This document shows positions 62,974 through 64,000 of a DNA stretch of 64,000 bases, piece after piece (positions within the stretch are counted from its first letter, which is position 1; every line of letters begins with the position of its first letter). A model generated the notes under the pieces. The model had not been told where the DNA came from and did no database searches. It was given only the letters and a program-made list of their open reading frames with translations. Source of the DNA: Asterias rubens (taxonomy: Eukaryota); assembly GCF_902459465.1 (NCBI RefSeq), contig NC_047080.1:3844001-3908000 (forward strand), read 5' to 3'. The position numbers and the translations under genes are program-made.

Positions 62974-64000
62974 TCACAGTGACATGACGTCCAACAACAT
63001 CTAAAAAGGACAGACAATTCAAACAGAGGGGACAGGTTCACAACTGGGCCCAATTTCATAGAGCTGCTTACAGCACAAAAAGTAGCAAACACACAAAATT
63101 AATTCTGCTAAACCAGAATTAGGTTACCAGCCAAACTACCCCTTGTCAGGTGTACAATTTGTGGTTGGTATCCTGCTCATTTCTGCTAAGCAGACACATT
63201 TGAGAAAAACAATAATATAGTCTAATTGAAGTGGTTGTTTGACTCCCACTTATAGAAAGTGTCCCCTAAAATGGGCGAGGTCTGGGATGATTCCACTACT
63301 AAAAAATAATATTTGCATTATATGTACATCTTATTTTCATTATGATTTAACAATTAGTACCACAAAGTGCACAATTTTTCCTTCTCATTCATACAATTTG
63401 AACTCACCTTTGTAATTATAAAGTCTTCTTCTACTAGCCTCTCTACAGGCTCAAAATGATCCATTTCTGGGAAGAGTTTATAGGTAGCGTTGACACCATT
63501 CTTGGCAAGCTCCTGGAGAAAGAGACCAAACAATGTTTTAAAAAAAAATCAGGTTCTTATCAGTTTTGTTTATATGATTAGATCTGGGCCAAATTTCATG
63601 GCTCTACTTACAGTAAGCAAAGAATCGGCGCTTATGGAAGCTAGGAATTCCACGCTTACATGAAGCTTATTTCACAGGTAAGCAGGGAATTTTTGCTTGT
63701 GTGCATGTGTGCTCTACAATACTACAATACTAAGCATACTAGGCATTATTGGCTTAAACAGTTAGTGTATAAATTGGCGCTTGCACAGTAAGCCCAGTAT
63801 GGTGATCGTAAGCGCAGAATTCGGCGGTAAGCAGAGCCATGAAATTGGCCACAGGCAACAAGGCGAACAGGTAACGAGTAAGACTTTTAGGAGCTTACTT
63901 TTGTATAGTCCCTGGTCCACAGCCCAAAAAACTTTGCGTCACACCCTCCACACACATTGACCACTCTGCAGTGGCTTGATAGTTGGATAGCCTTGGAGAG
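62974..64000 (-). CDS. AFMID: Kynurenine formamidase, last three coding exons (5' part beyond the window)
   Basis: Minus-strand exons >64000-63899, 63512-63408, 63000-62974 give ...HCRVVNVCGGCDAKFF...ELAKNGVNATYKLFPEMDHFEPVERLVEEDFIITKMLLDVMSL*. This aligns with the AFMID C-terminus (CRV.VVVG..D, DHF carrying the catalytic Asp and His). Confidence 0.82.

Overview
Eukaryotic, intron-rich, AT-rich animal DNA. It is most likely a sea star or other echinoderm, inferred from gene content and repeat families and not verifiable here. Nine protein-coding genes were rebuilt exon by exon with consistent splice phases. In order: copper transporter SLC31A1/CTR1 (+), two tandem highly divergent nicotinic-type Cys-loop channel subunits (+,+), ODR4 (-), ZDHHC12 (+), a single-exon-CDS C2H2/C2HC zinc-finger gene (-), CDC26 (-), PRPF4 (+) and the 3' end of kynurenine formamidase AFMID (-). 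Introns and intergenic DNA are dense with MITEs (TTAA Kolobok-like, 3-bp-TSD Harbinger-like, 8-bp-TSD hAT/Merlin-like) and tRNA-derived SINEs. Main highlights: (1) a pair of Cys-loop receptors that have lost the acetylcholine aromatic box, carry a Cys-stapled variable loop C and diverge mainly at ligand-facing loops, making them candidate chemosensory channels; (2) six 116-bp tandem copies of a PRPF4 3' splice site plus half-exon that could act as in-frame 39-nt mini-exons or poison exons; (3) the CTR1..CDC26-PRPF4 arrangement matching human 9q32; (4) a U12-type intron in ODR4; (5) two hammerhead-ribozyme-like motifs.
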